This document shows positions 44,252 through 58,222 of a DNA stretch of 64,000 bases, piece after piece (the stretch's first letter is position 1; the number at the start of each line of letters is the position of its first letter). The notes beneath the pieces are model-generated. The model saw only the letters and a program-made list of their open reading frames with translations, did not search any database and was not told the origin of the DNA. Origin of the DNA: Eledone cirrhosa (lineage: Eukaryota); assembly GCA_964016885.1 (NCBI GenBank), contig OZ024742.1:7626001-7690000 (forward strand), given 5' to 3'. The position numbers were made by a program, and so were the translations under genes.

Positions 44252-44438
44252 CGGAGGAAATGTGGTAAGGAACCAGGTGGACCATAACGCACCAAAGTAC
44301 TCAATACTTAGGGTAGTAGAGTGGGTAATAGGAACAAGTAAGACCCCGACGGCTGAGCTCAAGCCGTTTCGACGGCTAATTCAGTCCAGAATTAGCCGTC
44401 GAAACGGCTTGAGCTCAGCCGTCGGGGTCTTACTTGTT

Positions 44439-44441
<3 letters not shown>
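44250..44441 (-). mobile_element. Family D insert with a perfect fold-back, loop at 44383-44388
   Basis: Arms of about 55 bp, each containing GAAAcggcttgagctcagccgTC. Confidence 0.78.
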
Positions 44442-44481
<40 letters not shown>

Positions 44482-44629
44482 ATGTATATAGTATGTAGAC
44501 AAATCTACCAAAATATACGGTAGTGTCCAATCCGTATGAAGAACTCGATGTAATCCAAATACGAAAAGAGAAAATGTATTCAAAACTTTTTCGACACTCG
44601 ATTTCATATCAAAAACCTTGCAAAACAAA

Positions 44630-45480
44630 TATGTAAGTATATATATACATATGTGTGTAAATGTATATATATATAAGTATATATGTATATATGTAAGTAT
44701 ATATATATATATGTAAGTATATATGTATATATGTAAGTATATACGTATATATGTAAGTATATATGTATATATGTAAGTATATATGTATATATGTAAGTAT
44801 ATATATACATATGTATGTAAATGTGTATATATGTAAGTATATATATATATGTAAGTATATATGTATATATGTAAGTATATATGTATATATGTAAGTATAT
44901 ATGTATATATGTAAGTATATACGTATATATGTAAGTATATATGTTATATATGTAAGTATATATGTATATATGTAAGTATATATGTATATATGTAAGTATA
45001 TATGTTATATATGTAAATATATATGTAAGTATATATGTTATATATGTAAGTATATATGTATATATGTAAGTATATATGTATATATGTAAGTATATATGTT
45101 ATATATGTAAGTATATATGTAAGTATATATGTATATATGTTATATATGTAAGTATATATGTATATATGTAAGTATATATGTATATATGTAAGTATATACG
45201 TATATATGTAAGTATATATGTATATATATAAGTATATATGTATATATGTAAGTATATATGTATATATGTAAGTATATACGTATATATGTAAGTATATATG
45301 TATATATGTAAGTATATATGTATATATGTAAGTATATATGTATATATGCAAGTATATATGTTATATATGTAAGTATATATGTTATATATGTAAGTATATA
45401 TGTAAGTATATATGTATATATGTAAGTATATATGTATATATGTAAGTATATATGTATATATGTAAGTATATATGTATATA
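44630..45480. repeat. 20-bp AT-rich minisatellite (ATATGTAAGTATATATGTAT)n
   Basis: Direct reading; derived from (TA)n. Confidence 0.92.
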
Positions 45481-45613
45481 TAATTCTGTGTGAATCATGT
45501 ATGTCGGTTTGTAATCACATTTAGGATACACAGCAATTTTAGAAACATTGTTTCTGTACTGATTATTGTAATTATCCTGTTGTACGTGCTTCTCTATTGG
45601 AACGTATATGTAT

Positions 45614-45680
<67 letters not shown>

Positions 45681-46026
45681 TGTGTGCGTGTGTGTGACGC
45701 ACACAATTATACATATATATATAAATATATGTATGTATATGTATATATACTTTTTGAGAGGCGCATCACTCTTAGAAATCATTTTGTGTGTGTGTGTATA
45801 CTCGAGTATAGATTGTGTTCCAGAGACTTACACCAGTTAGGGAAGGACACATCGATCGCTCCTTTGTGTTTTGAATCGTTTAAGTTTTACATTTGAAAAG
45901 AGGGTTGCCCCGAAATACCATGTTGAGACACACTGGGTAAAACATTTCTTTTGTTTGTCATCATTTGCCCTTTCTATATTTCTACCGTATTGTACTGGCT
46001 GTTTGAAACTTATCGGTCATTTGTTA

Positions 46027-46036
46027 CATACACACA

Positions 46037-46079
<43 letters not shown>

Positions 46080-46782
46080 ATACACACACACACATATATA
46101 TATATATACACATACACGCACACATACACACATATATACACACACATATATACACACGCACACACATACACACATATACACGCACATACACACATACATA
46201 CATACACACATATATATATATATACACATACACACACATACACACATATACACACACACATACACGCATAGACACACATATACACACATACACATACACA
46301 CATATATACACACACACATGTACACACACATATACATACACGCACACACATATATACACACATACACATACACACACATATATATAGATACACACACACA
46401 CACATATGTTCACACACACACACACACACACATACACACACATATACACACACACACACACACATATACATATATATATGTAATATGGGTGATGTGAAGG
46501 CGACTTGGCATGTGCATGTTTGTGTGAGAGCGCTTCTGTTTCTATGTGTGTATGTGTGTATGTGTGTATGTGTGCATGTGTGTACGTGTGTATGTGTGTA
46601 TGTGTGTGTATGTGTGTACTTGTGTATGTGTGTATATGTGTGTGTGTGTATGTGTATGTGTGAGTGTATGTGTGTATGTGTCTGTATATATATGTATGTA
46701 TGTGTGTATGTGTATGTGTGTGTGTACGTGTGTATGTGTGTGAGTGTGTATGTATGTGTGATTGTATGTGTGTATGAGTCTG

Positions 46783-46813
<31 letters not shown>

Positions 46814-46868
46814 ACGTGTGTATATTTGTATGTGTGTGTACGTGTGTATGTGAGTATGTGTGTGTGTG
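46027..46868. repeat. Degenerate (CA)n tract followed by a degenerate (TG)n tract
   Basis: CA-rich 46027-46480 and TG-rich 46540-46868. Confidence 0.9.
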
Positions 46869-46959
46869 ATTAATGAGTAATGTTGATCTCTGGACGTTGA
46901 CTGGAGCCTCCTATCGGTAATACTTACTTCCTCATCCTTTCTCCACATCGTCATCACCC

Positions 46960-47020
46960 CCCCCCTCTCCTTCTCCTCTTCCTCTCCTTCTTTTCCTCTT
47001 CTTCTTCCCCTTCTTCTTCT

Positions 47021-47055
<35 letters not shown>

Positions 47056-47514
47056 TTCTTCTTATTCTTATTCCTCTTCTTCCTCTTCCTCTTCTTCTTC
47101 TTCTTCTTCTTCATCTAATTCTTCTTCTTCTTATTCCTCTTCTTCTTCTTATTATTATTCTTATTCTTCTTCTCCTTCTTCTTCTTCTTCTTCTTCTTCT
47201 TCTTCTTCTTCTTCTTCTTCTTCTTCTTCTTCTTCTTCTTCATCTTTTTCTTCTTCTTCTTCTTCTTCTTCTTCTTCTTCTTCTTCATCTAATTCTTCTT
47301 CTTCTTCTTCGTCTCCTCATTCTTCTTCTTCTTCTTCTTCTTCTTCTTCTTCTTCTTCTTCTTCTTCTTCTCTTTTTTCTTCTTCTTCTTCTTCTTCTTC
47401 TTCTTCTTCTTCTTCTTCTTCTTCTTCTTCTTTTTCTTCTCTTTTATTCTTCTCTTTTATTCTTCTTCTTCTTCTTCTTCTTCTTCTTCTTCTTCTTCTT
47501 CTTCTTCTTCTTCT

Positions 47515-47547
<33 letters not shown>

Positions 47548-47835
47548 CCTTCTCTTTTTTTCTTCTTCTTCTTCTTCTTCTTCTTCTTCTTCTTCTTCTT
47601 CTTCTTCTTCTTCTTCTTCTCCTTCTTCTTCTTCTTCTTCGTCGTCGTCGTCTTCCTCTTCTTCTTCTCCTTCTTCTTCTTCTTCTTCTTCTTCTTCTTC
47701 TTCTCTTTTTTCCTCTTCTTCTTCTTCTTCTTCTTCTTCTTCTTCTTCTTCATCTTCCTCTTCTTCTTCCTAATCTTCACCTCCTCCTCCTCCTCCTCTT
47801 CCTCTTCTTCTTCTTCTTCTTCTTCTTCTTCTTCT
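46960..47835. repeat. Long degenerate (TTC)n tract
   Basis: Direct reading. Confidence 0.97.
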
Positions 47836-48309
47836 ACTACTACAATGGTGGAGAGGTTGGTATGGTCATGGCTGGAATCACTTCATCATACGTAATTTAT
47901 GTCATCGGTGACTACAACAACAATAAATACAACAAAGTCACAACATATCAACCAATGAACGTCCACGAGATCACATACGAGGCTAGAAATAGCAGCCAAA
48001 TAACCATAAATTTAGCACAACACCCACAACACCGTTTTCAACAAAGATAGATACTAGACAATGTAGTCCAGATATGCAAGAAGACGGGATGGTCATAACT
48101 GGAATGTCATTGATCAGAGTTCATTTCTGTTAGCTGATGTATGATCTCAGTATAAAGGAATACCACAAGAGGGTTAAGAACATTAACAATATGAAGAAGA
48201 ACAATATAGAATTAATTGTTTCTACTTTAGGCCCAAGGCCAGCAATTACCCAGTGCATTGCGAGGTTATATTAATATAAATAGAAAAATATCTGTGAGAA
48301 TAATTATTT

Positions 48310-48485
48310 GTTTTACTTTTGGCACAAGGCCAGCAATTATCCCATTGAATACTTTATTTTATCGACCCCGTAAGGATGAAAGGCAAAGTTAATCTCGGCG
48401 GGATTTGAACTCAGAATGGCAAGGGCCGTAACTCTATGTGTCAAAGCATGGTGTCCGACCCTCTATCGATACTGCCATCCACCCA
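48310..48485 (-). mobile_element. tRNA-derived SINE
   Basis: Minus strand has A-box TGGCAGTATCG, B-box GAGTTCAAATC and tail ggggtcgataaaataaagta. Confidence 0.8.
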
Positions 48486-49277
48486 CTATATAACTAATGA
48501 TGAACGATATCAGTCGGATGAGTACAGTATCTCGGCCAACAGTATTACTGGCGAGATACCCACCTTTTATAAGATACAAACAGCAATACAATAACCAAGT
48601 ATAAACCATGTTACATCTGATGTTTATCACGTTTTACCATAATATGGAGGTTTCTAGAACACCAATGAAACCAACAACAACAACAACAACATCATCAACA
48701 ACGACAACAGCGTCATCAACAACAACAACAGCACCAACAGCAACACTAACATCAGTAATACAACCACTACCAATACAATCTCCATTGTCAACATAGAGAA
48801 GCCGATGTCCAAACCATTGCTACAGAGATGTTACTTTAGGCGGCAACTTACATTGTTAACAAATTAAATGGGAATTATTTAATAAGAGAACATGTATTTA
48901 CTATTGTTGTAGACTATAGAATATTTCTACATTTGTAAAGCAGGGTCTACAATATAAGTGTTTCACTTATTAAATGTTTATGTGTGCACATACATGCTTA
49001 TAGATAATCTTACACACAAGCAAACACACACACGCACATATACATATATATGTATATTTGTACACATAAGCAAACACACTCACACACACACTCACACACA
49101 TATATATGTATATGGGTGTCTGTATGTGTATATATACATATACCTCTATGTATATATGTATATTGTATATATATGTATATTTGTATATATATATACATAC
49201 ATACATATATATATATATACATACATACATACATACATACATACATACACACACACATATATATATATACATACATG

Positions 49278-49323
<46 letters not shown>

Positions 49324-49326
49324 CAT

Positions 49327-49417
<91 letters not shown>

Positions 49418-50034
49418 CTATATATATATATAAAGCAGGTTTTAGAAGGTAAATAAGCTTCTCTCTCTCACTCTCTTTCTCTCATCTTCTCGCTTTATTT
49501 CTCCCCCCCCCCCTCTCTCTCTGTAAATACGTGCACAGAAAGATACCACCCTCCTTAGAGATACAATATATGTGAATTGACAAAGAAGCAATGGACTGAA
49601 GCGATTAGACAAACAAGGCACAGATCACAATGAAGATCTTGAGAAAGTAGTGAATGAGAGAATGTTTAAATTACACCTGAAGAATAAGAAGATTATGGTA
49701 TTAACAGTTTTAGACTGTAACATTGAAAGGTTCTTTCATAGAAGCGAGAGGGAGATAAATATAAACACTTCTATTCATTTTCTATTCTTTTGTTGAAGAG
49801 CTAAATTTTGGTTATTTTTAACAAATGATTTCCTCATTATAAAAGTCCCCGAAGACAGAATATTTATGACTAGGTAAACTGTTCTAAGAGAAAATTGGAA
49901 GCCTGGTAAAATATATATTGTTTCCATCATAATGTGTTGTTCGTTCATGTCATGTGGGACATAATTGAGCAGATCTTTGATTAAATATGTTTACCTGTGT
50001 TGTATGTCTCATTTCTTAAACTGTTGTTATTCTT

Positions 50035-50440
50035 GGATTAGCAGTCAGTATCAGTAGAGCGACTGACACTATGCTTCGTGGCATTGAGTTACGACCCTTT
50101 AATTTCCGAGTTCAAATCCTGCCAAAGTTAGCTTTGGTTGTCCTTACAGGGTCGATAAAATAAAGTACCAGTAATGTACGGGGTAATTGTTGGCCTTGTA
50201 CCAAAAGTAGAAACAACTATTCTTATTATTTCTAGATTGGCTGTGTCGGTTGAGCATCGGACACTACGCTTCGCGACATTGAGTTACAACTCTTGTGTTT
50301 TGATTTCACATCTCTCAGAAGTTAGCTTTGCCTTTCCTCCTCACGGCGTCGGTAAGATAAATACCAGTAATGCACTGGGATCAATTTAATCGAGTCTTCC
50401 TTACCCCAAATTGTCGACATTCTCCCTAAATCAAAAAACA
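50035..50440 (+). mobile_element. Two tandem tRNA-derived SINE copies (about 50035-50218 and 50235-50440)
   Basis: B-box gagttcaaatc near 50108; shared body and tail motifs. Confidence 0.72.
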
Positions 50441-50672
50441 TTATTATTATTATTATTTGTTTTATATAACCAAGACTATGTTGTACTTCTTTGCTAAGAG
50501 GTTAGGCCGGGATATAAAGGCGATTTGATTGATACTTTCAGTTTTTCTAGGAAACATAAAAACCAATTTCCTTGCTTTGATATAATCTTATGAGTTTATA
50601 TCACTGCGTTAAAGCTTACAGACTTACTTACTTCATTTAATAAATGCTCCCTCCTCGCCACAACCAACTTAC

Positions 50673-50845
50673 GTTAGCAATTAAAATGGAGAAAAGGGAC
50701 ATGTATGTCTCCAAAGAGCTGGAGACATTAGTGGTGTTTGTGAGTCTTGAACTGGAAAGACACCGACTTCTCAGCATGCAGAAGTCGTTATCCATCGCCG
50801 TCACTTCACTGTCACTGCCAGTTATAGATATCGGTTTTATTTGAC
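50673..50845 (-). other. Candidate 173-nt internal exon of an unidentified host gene
   Basis: Acceptor ttcttgcttgtatcAG, donor GTAAGT and an open frame (GQIKPISITGSDSEV...SILIAN); no recognisable homology. Confidence 0.3.
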
Positions 50846-52539
50846 CTGATACAAGCAAGAACTGAAATTTATTGAGAACAAAATAGGATTGTCTGACATT
50901 GGATATAAATGACACTATGTCTGCTATAACGAATGTTTCTGAGATAAAAATTGTATTTTGATAAATGGAAAATGTACGATATTCTATGAGAGTATTGCTT
51001 TTTCATGATAGGCTCAAATAGAGAGAAACTTCATACCGTTATTTACAGATACCTCTCTTTTCACGAGTTTATATTTGAGAAAGTTTTGTCTTATCAACCG
51101 TATGCTAATCTATTCATCCACATAATTTGATTTATATTCATAAACTTACCCCAAAATCCACACGATAATATTAGCTGATATATTTCTAACATTTTTAAAT
51201 ACTGGTTTATATTTCTACTAAATAATGTTTTCTCTACAATGTGTTCCAGTGTTTCGTCATGTCTGAAATATCATCCATTCTATTCAATTGAAAATGTTGA
51301 ACTGTCTTTGCAGAATCGAAGTGACAACAAAGACATTAAAAATGTTCTCGGATTATCTAAGTGTTTTTGTGTTTTTCTTTCTTTTTCTTTTTGCTACAAA
51401 ACAAATTTACATTAGAAACGTCTAATATAGTCTAATAGGTGTTAAATATTTATTAGTTACCTATTTTATACCAACTCTCATTTGATGAACACTGCTTTAA
51501 ATACTTAAAGTAGCAGTTTTATGGTGGCTGTATTTATATAATGCTCTCCGCAATTTTATATCAGGATTTTAACGACCGCTGAGAGAAACTGTACACATTA
51601 GAATCTACCAATAGTATTCTTTTGGATCGATAATTACACGTGACACTCAATGACAATAGATATTAAAGTGTAGATTTGAAATTTATTTCAAATCTTTGTA
51701 TACATGATGTTTGTGAGTCACTAGTTCACCGATTTGTTAGGTTCTGGGCTAATATGTGACCCTTAAGGACTTAGTTTACGTAAATATAAAGAGATGTTTC
51801 ATTGTGAAATCTTCTCCAATTAAATTATTGTCGTACAAGTTGTTCACACTTGTGTCTCTATCCGAAGAAAGGAATATTAGACTGCAGGGTATCGAGACAC
51901 CTACCATATAGTACGACTACTGCTACACACTGCTGCCAGTAATCCTATCCTGTTCTAGCTACTTACCATTAGATGGAATAAACATTTGAATGTTAAGTGT
52001 GTTAGATGCAGATTCTGGATATTAACTACACCACAATCACTTTGTCGGCTATTTGGTTCTTTGCTGCATTTTATACATTCGGCCATCGTCGTTTCTTTTG
52101 CAGTTTTTACCGTAAACCAGATACAACTACAGAGGCCAGGGGGGGGGGTGTCAGAGACGTTTGGGAGACTGGTGACAATTACCATGTTATTTATTTCACC
52201 TGACTGAACTCTGCATTCAAATACCACCAAATGTTGGTGTAACGAAGATTTAGTATAACACATATATGACAAGGTTAGCCGTTAGATTTACTAGTAAAAC
52301 TAACTATTTGTAGGAGAATGGATTGGAGAAACGTGAAATAAAGGGTCTTGCTCAAGGAGACAAAACCCCTTCTCAAACACATGCATAAATTTATACAGTT
52401 ACTTACATACATACATATGTGCATGTGTACGTACATACACACATATATACATAGATACATGCATACATAGATACACACACTGACATACGTATGTGCGTAT
52501 GTACGTATATACATGCACATACATATAAATATGCATACA

Positions 52540-53235
52540 TATATACAAGAAATCCCTACCAAATCCCTGCTACACAAAAGAGGAGGGCCATCAGTCGACA
52601 ATAAATGTAAAACAAAAATCGAAGATGTAAGCCACATTGTTGCCAACTGCGAAAGAATGTCGTCTCGCTACTACCTCCCATGAGACACGATGGGATAGCT
52701 AGAACCATCTGGAACACACTTAGGAAAACAAAATTAAAAACACACGAGGAGGAATATGTTGAGACAGATGGCACTGAAAAATACTGGTGGAACCTCAAAA
52801 TAAAAACTGCCACCAAATTAAAGCACAACCGGCCTGATATTGTTGTTTGGGACAGCACATTGAAAACGTGCTCTGTTGTAGAGATCACCTACCCACTTGT
52901 TGTCAAAGTTGTAAGAAAAAATACAAGAGAAGGAGGAAATCTACGGACCATTGTTGAGGAGTTTGCAGATCCAGTATCCAAGATACACCTTCAGCTTCAT
53001 ACCAATCATTATTGGAGCTACAGGTTATATACCAACTCGCTTGGACCAATGTATAACTGAACTTGAATTTGTGGACAAAGAGCGCAGCTCTCTAATTCCT
53101 AGACTACAAATGGATGCGATATCTGGCACCTTCAAAATTTGAAAAAAGTTCTTGCGATTCAAGGATGACGATTTCTTTTCTTTTACAACCTTGCCACCAG
53201 GAAGGTGTCCGGTCAAAAGTGTACTCGAAATTAAG
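52540..53235 (+). mobile_element. 5'-truncated, frameshifted RLE-type non-LTR retrotransposon fragment
   Basis: KC..KIEDVSHIVANC...YLPMRHD, HNRPDIVVWD..VVEITYP, IPIIIGATG. Confidence 0.8.
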
Positions 53236-53471
53236 AGAACGAGAAACATATACACACACACATCCGTAAATTATATTGCGTTGAAAGATGTTTAGTTATC
53301 TAGAAAAATCTGCACTGGAGAAAAACAACTGCAAGAAATAGAATTGATGGGGGGGGGGGGTTAGGAAGAAGATGAGGGGCAGATGAATGTGATGATGATG
53401 AAGATGATAAAGATGATTATGGTGTTGTTGGTCTAGCTAGCTAGTAATAGTAGTAGTGGTGGCGGTAGTAT

Positions 53472-53539
<68 letters not shown>

Positions 53540-53543
53540 ATAA

Positions 53544-53583
<40 letters not shown>
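53472..53583. repeat. (TAG)n microsatellite
   Basis: Direct reading. Confidence 0.95.
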
Positions 53584-53584
<1 letters not shown>

Positions 53585-54030
53585 ACAACAACAACAAAAC
53601 CGAAATAATACATACAACTTCAGAGCAGTTTTGATTGCAAATTATGATTGCTATCCGTTTTTAAAAGACATAACCCCCCCCCCCCCCCAATGATAATAAA
53701 AACAATTTTGAAAACAGCGTGAAGAAAACTACAACAATAGGAGAGCAAGAGAGAAAGCAAGAAAAACAAGTTGGCCATAATCAGACATAAACGTGAAGTT
53801 ACAAACAGCCAGACTAATGACAAGGTTAAAACAATGTGTTGTAATTATAATTCATCAGATGTTGTTTTCAAAATTTACACTTCGAGACATGCTTTCACAC
53901 ACTGATTATACACACTAATGGACATACTTACTGACACACACACACACACACATATACAGAGACACAGAGACACACACTAACAGAGACACACAGACACAGA
54001 CATACAAACGCACAAAGGCATATATATTTA

Positions 54031-54067
<37 letters not shown>

Positions 54068-54094
54068 TTATAATGCATATATATATATAATATA

Positions 54095-54179
<85 letters not shown>

Positions 54180-54242
54180 GCATATATATATAATATATAT
54201 ATATTATATATATATATATAAATATATATAATAAAAAAAAGA

Positions 54243-54735
54243 AAATATTAATAATAACATTCGATTCGTTTGCAATTATGCATCAAGCCTCAATTGTATA
54301 GCCATGTCATTAGAATGAACACTTCGTTCATGCTCTTATGTTGGCATGCAAACAGAACTGCAGACACTAATGTTTCTGGGTATCACTCTTCATCAGTAGC
54401 CTACTGTTCACCTGCCAAACTGTCAGACCTAGTGAAAATATATGCTATTTTCAAAAATACGCAGTGACTGATCGGCCTGTCTGATAATATGCAAATCAGG
54501 CCGTTCAGTCACTGTGTATTTTTGAAAATAGCATATATTTTCACTAGGTCTGACAGTTTGGCAGGTGAACAGTGGGCTGTACTGATGAAGGGTGATTACC
54601 AGAAACATTAGTGTCTGCGGTTCTGTTCGCATGCCAACACAAGAGTAAGAATGAGGGGCTCATTCTACTGACATGGCTATACAATTGAGGCTCGTTTGCA
54701 TAATTGGAAACGAATTGAATGTTATTATTAATATT
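54243..54735. mobile_element. Large fold-back insert (family F), arms about 240 bp, axis near 54488, an HHR in each arm
   Basis: Imperfect inverted repeat next to (TA)n and (GA)n tracts. Confidence 0.8.
54567..54628 (+). ncRNA. Type I hammerhead ribozyme (mirror copy 54351-54409 on the minus strand)
   Basis: gaacag-tgg-gctgta CUGAUGA ag-ggt-gatt-acc-a GAAA cattagtg UC tgcggt-t-ctgttc. Confidence 0.8.
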
Positions 54736-54786
54736 CGAAAAACTCAGATTATATTTATTGTATATTAGAGAGGGAGAGAGAAGGGG

Positions 54787-54910
<124 letters not shown>

Positions 54911-55982
54911 CTGCAGTGCTGAGACTGAGGAGGCCACTAATAATGGGATTACTCAATGTATAGGAAGATGTAGAGTTGGTATAGAGATATGTAAAATCCC
55001 GACCGCGGCGCCAAAGGTTTTCGGCTTGTGTGTCCAGCAAGCCGTGGCCCCCACCTTTGGGTCCCGGCCGACAGGATGGAGAATAAATTGCCCCGGAGTC
55101 GGCTGAAACAACCACTCCCCTTGTGTATCTATCATCAGGGGCCACCAATACAACCTCGTTGGGAGAGAAAGAAGGAAGTGTTATGCTAGAAATACGTTTA
55201 GTAGACTAATCTAACCATTTAGCATTTAAACCGACCATATTTGGACAGAACTCTCTCTGTAACTAGCTGTTCATCCTTATGTTAAGGTATTCTTCTCAAA
55301 ATAAATGATATCAAAATCTCATAGATTTGATACTATGTGAGATAATTATATGAAATAAAGTTTTTACCATGAAAATACAACAGTATATATAGAGGAATGT
55401 AAATGGTAAAAGGTAACAGCCGACGTGAAAAATAGGAAAGGAATGTGTATGTCTCTACTAAGTTGTGTGATTATTACTGGAGGATGGGCAGTAAAAATGT
55501 ATTTAGCGTGTCATGTCTTGGTCTGGTTAACCATTGTCCACAGACTCTAATACAGATAAGAACGTATATCCTAATTTCATTTGAGGTGTCCTATTACCAC
55601 CAACAGTAGTGAAGTGTTGTAACTATTATATGTCACAAGAGTATTTTAATACGATAGGTTGATCTCGTAAAATTGCCGGTTATACTTTTAACTATATCTT
55701 AGCTCCTTCTTTCTGTCTTTCTCTCTCATTTCCATCTGTCTCCCTTCCTTCATTTAATTATCATTAAACAATAGTATTGATGTAGTAGTTTGAATTTTTA
55801 AGTTTACCGTTACGCATATATTTTATATTTCTTATTAGTCTCTGAGGAAGTGGTTCAATTTAAATGTATTGTAAGTTGATTTTTACCAGTATTTAGCAAT
55901 CTATAGACAATTCTACCATGGAAACAATTGTAAGACTATAAATAAATTTCCTTGTTTGTTTTGCCAACCATGTTATTCTTAA

Positions 55983-56023
<41 letters not shown>

Positions 56024-56029
56024 GAATAT

Positions 56030-56635
56030 ATGGTGGCTGCCAACTCGTTTTCGAGTACGGCCACTACTTTATAACCATGTAGGAGAACCCCTACCGATGC
56101 GCTGAATGAGTGTGACTTTTCAGTCCAGCCAGCGACTTAAAAACTCTGGTACAAACACTACACTTGTGACAATTATTGACACATAGTGCTGGGCCCATGG
56201 TACCATGTGACTACAAGTGCAGAGAGATCTCCAGATATAAAGCAATGTCTGTGCCGTGAAGCTTTTATAGTGAGCAAAAGCACTGCACAAAGCCAGTCCC
56301 ACTCTCTTAACCAAGATGATATTTACCAAAAAGAAGAACAAGTCAACATCATTGGATACCATCAGCGCTGCAGGTGTTATATCAGAGTTTTCCTTCTCCT
56401 AGAATTCTGCCTTGACAAAGGCTAAGGGGTCATCTCTCCCCGTGATTTTGGATGGGCATTGACTCTTAAGAGCTCATTTGCCCTTTGACAGGTTTTGTTT
56501 TTATTCCTGCAGGATGTCCAAAGTCACCCTCCTCACCAAGAAACCTTGGTGGGTTGCCAGTTTAGTCGCCAACGACCCGACCATGGAACAGGTTGTGCTG
56601 GGAAACATGTTACCAGTAGCACCAACTGGTGACCT
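56030..56635 (-). mobile_element. Probable RTE-type LINE 5' UTR remnant; related piece near 14320-14435
   Basis: Minus-strand ctaggagaaggaaaactctga resembles RTE 5' UTRs (recalled, not searched); gacgacccaaccatg-like sequence is shared with the 14.4 kb piece. Confidence 0.45.
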
Positions 56636-56727
56636 GACATATTTATATATATGACATTTATATATATACATACATACATATCTACATACATATACGATTA
56701 GTTACTCCTTCATTACGTTTATTGGTT

Positions 56728-56800
56728 GGTGACGCGCGTTACGCCACTGATCGATCTGTATCAATCTGACCCGACTCTGTAACCCGCGGCTCGTCAGACC
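56728..56800 (-). ncRNA. Degenerate hammerhead (GAAA mutated to GUAA)
   Basis: ggt CUGACGA gccgc...gtggc GUAA cgcgcg UC acc; palindromic stem III; the insert adjoins (TA)n. Confidence 0.6.
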
Positions 56801-56844
56801 CCGACACTGATGTGAACCTACAGTAACTGCAAGTTACACACCCT

Positions 56845-56945
<101 letters not shown>

Positions 56946-57567
56946 CATTGTTATACTTTGGGAGGGTCATGTTGCCAATAATTATTGTCAACATGAGCCT
57001 CCCAAATTATAACAATATCGGTTTCAACACATGTTTTCAGATAAAGAATCTTGCTAAATAAATTCAGAAACGAAATATATATATATACATATATACATAT
57101 ACACACATATACATGCATACCCACAAATAGCCCCACACACATCACCACCCACACCTACACATATACATACCCACATACATACACACTCACACACACGCAC
57201 ATATATAAAAATATATAACAGTATATGTATATATAGAGAGAGTGGGGGGAGGGAAGGTGTGACGGGGAGAGAGGGTTGAGAAGTGTACTGGTTAACATAT
57301 ATGGACATATTTCATATAATTATATAGATCCTTTAAATCTGAATCGCACTGTGTTGGTGCCATTGATAATATATATACATATATATATATATATAATAAA
57401 GAATTCATATCTAGTAACATATATATACATACAAATGCACATCGATGGTAGCAAATATATAGGTTTTGTCTTAATAACATTGTGGTTCAATGCATGGGGT
57501 TGCAGAACAATAATATAAGAGACGTAAAATAAGAAAATTATAAAATTAACTTACTTACTAAAATATC

Positions 57568-57649
57568 ACTTCCAACTAATTAGTTTCTGGAATGGAGTAG
57601 ATACATCTTCCGAAGAAGGTGTTGAGAAACATCCCGTCATCAGGAAAGT
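57568..57649 (-). ncRNA. Type I hammerhead ribozyme (element B, copy 1)
   Basis: actttc CUGAUGA c-gggatg..[acaccttc-UUCG-gaagatgt]..cattcc-a GAAA ctaattag UU ggaagt. Confidence 0.85.
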
Positions 57650-58089
57650 CAATTCTCATATAAGTTTCCAGGCAAAGCGAGGACACTGGAAGCTTATTAA
57701 AAAATAAATCAGTGAATAGGAAATAGCAAAGCGTGGACTTAATTCCTAGCCATTGAGAAAATCACTGCCTCTGTGTCCGTGGCAAATTCAAAAAGAATCG
57801 AACACGTGACATCGAGGTCAATCGGTGGAAGGTGGGTTGTTAATAAGACAGCGGCCAGCCTACTACTGTAGCAGCAGTCATTGCCAGTATTGCTCGACAA
57901 AAGATTTGGAGATAATAATAAAGAATTCATATCTAGTAACATATAAATACATACAAATGCACATCGATGCTAGCAAATATATAGGTTTTGTCTTAATAAC
58001 ATTGTGGTTCAATGCATGGGGTTGCAGAACAATAATATAAGAGACGTAAAATAAGAAAATTATAAAATTAACTTACTTACTAAAATATC

Positions 58090-58171
58090 ACTTCCAACTA
58101 ATTAGTTTCTGGAATGGAGTAGATACATCTTCCGAAGAAGGTGTAGAGAAACATCCCGTCATCAGGAAAGT
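58090..58171 (-). ncRNA. Type I hammerhead ribozyme (element B, copy 2)
   Basis: Same fold, 522 nt from copy 1. Confidence 0.85.
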
Positions 58172-58214
<43 letters not shown>

Positions 58215-58222
58215 GAAAGTCA

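Noticed and set aside
45885-45945. UUGAAAA...GAAA hammerhead-like motif
   Set aside because: Stems I and III cannot be closed in proper register.
46027-46868. CA/TG mirror as a designed hairpin element
   Set aside because: Complementarity is explained by low-complexity dinucleotide tracts; no unique matching arms.
57000-57060. Relic HHR-like motif, also near 58840-58890
   Set aside because: Core too degenerate and stems unsupported.
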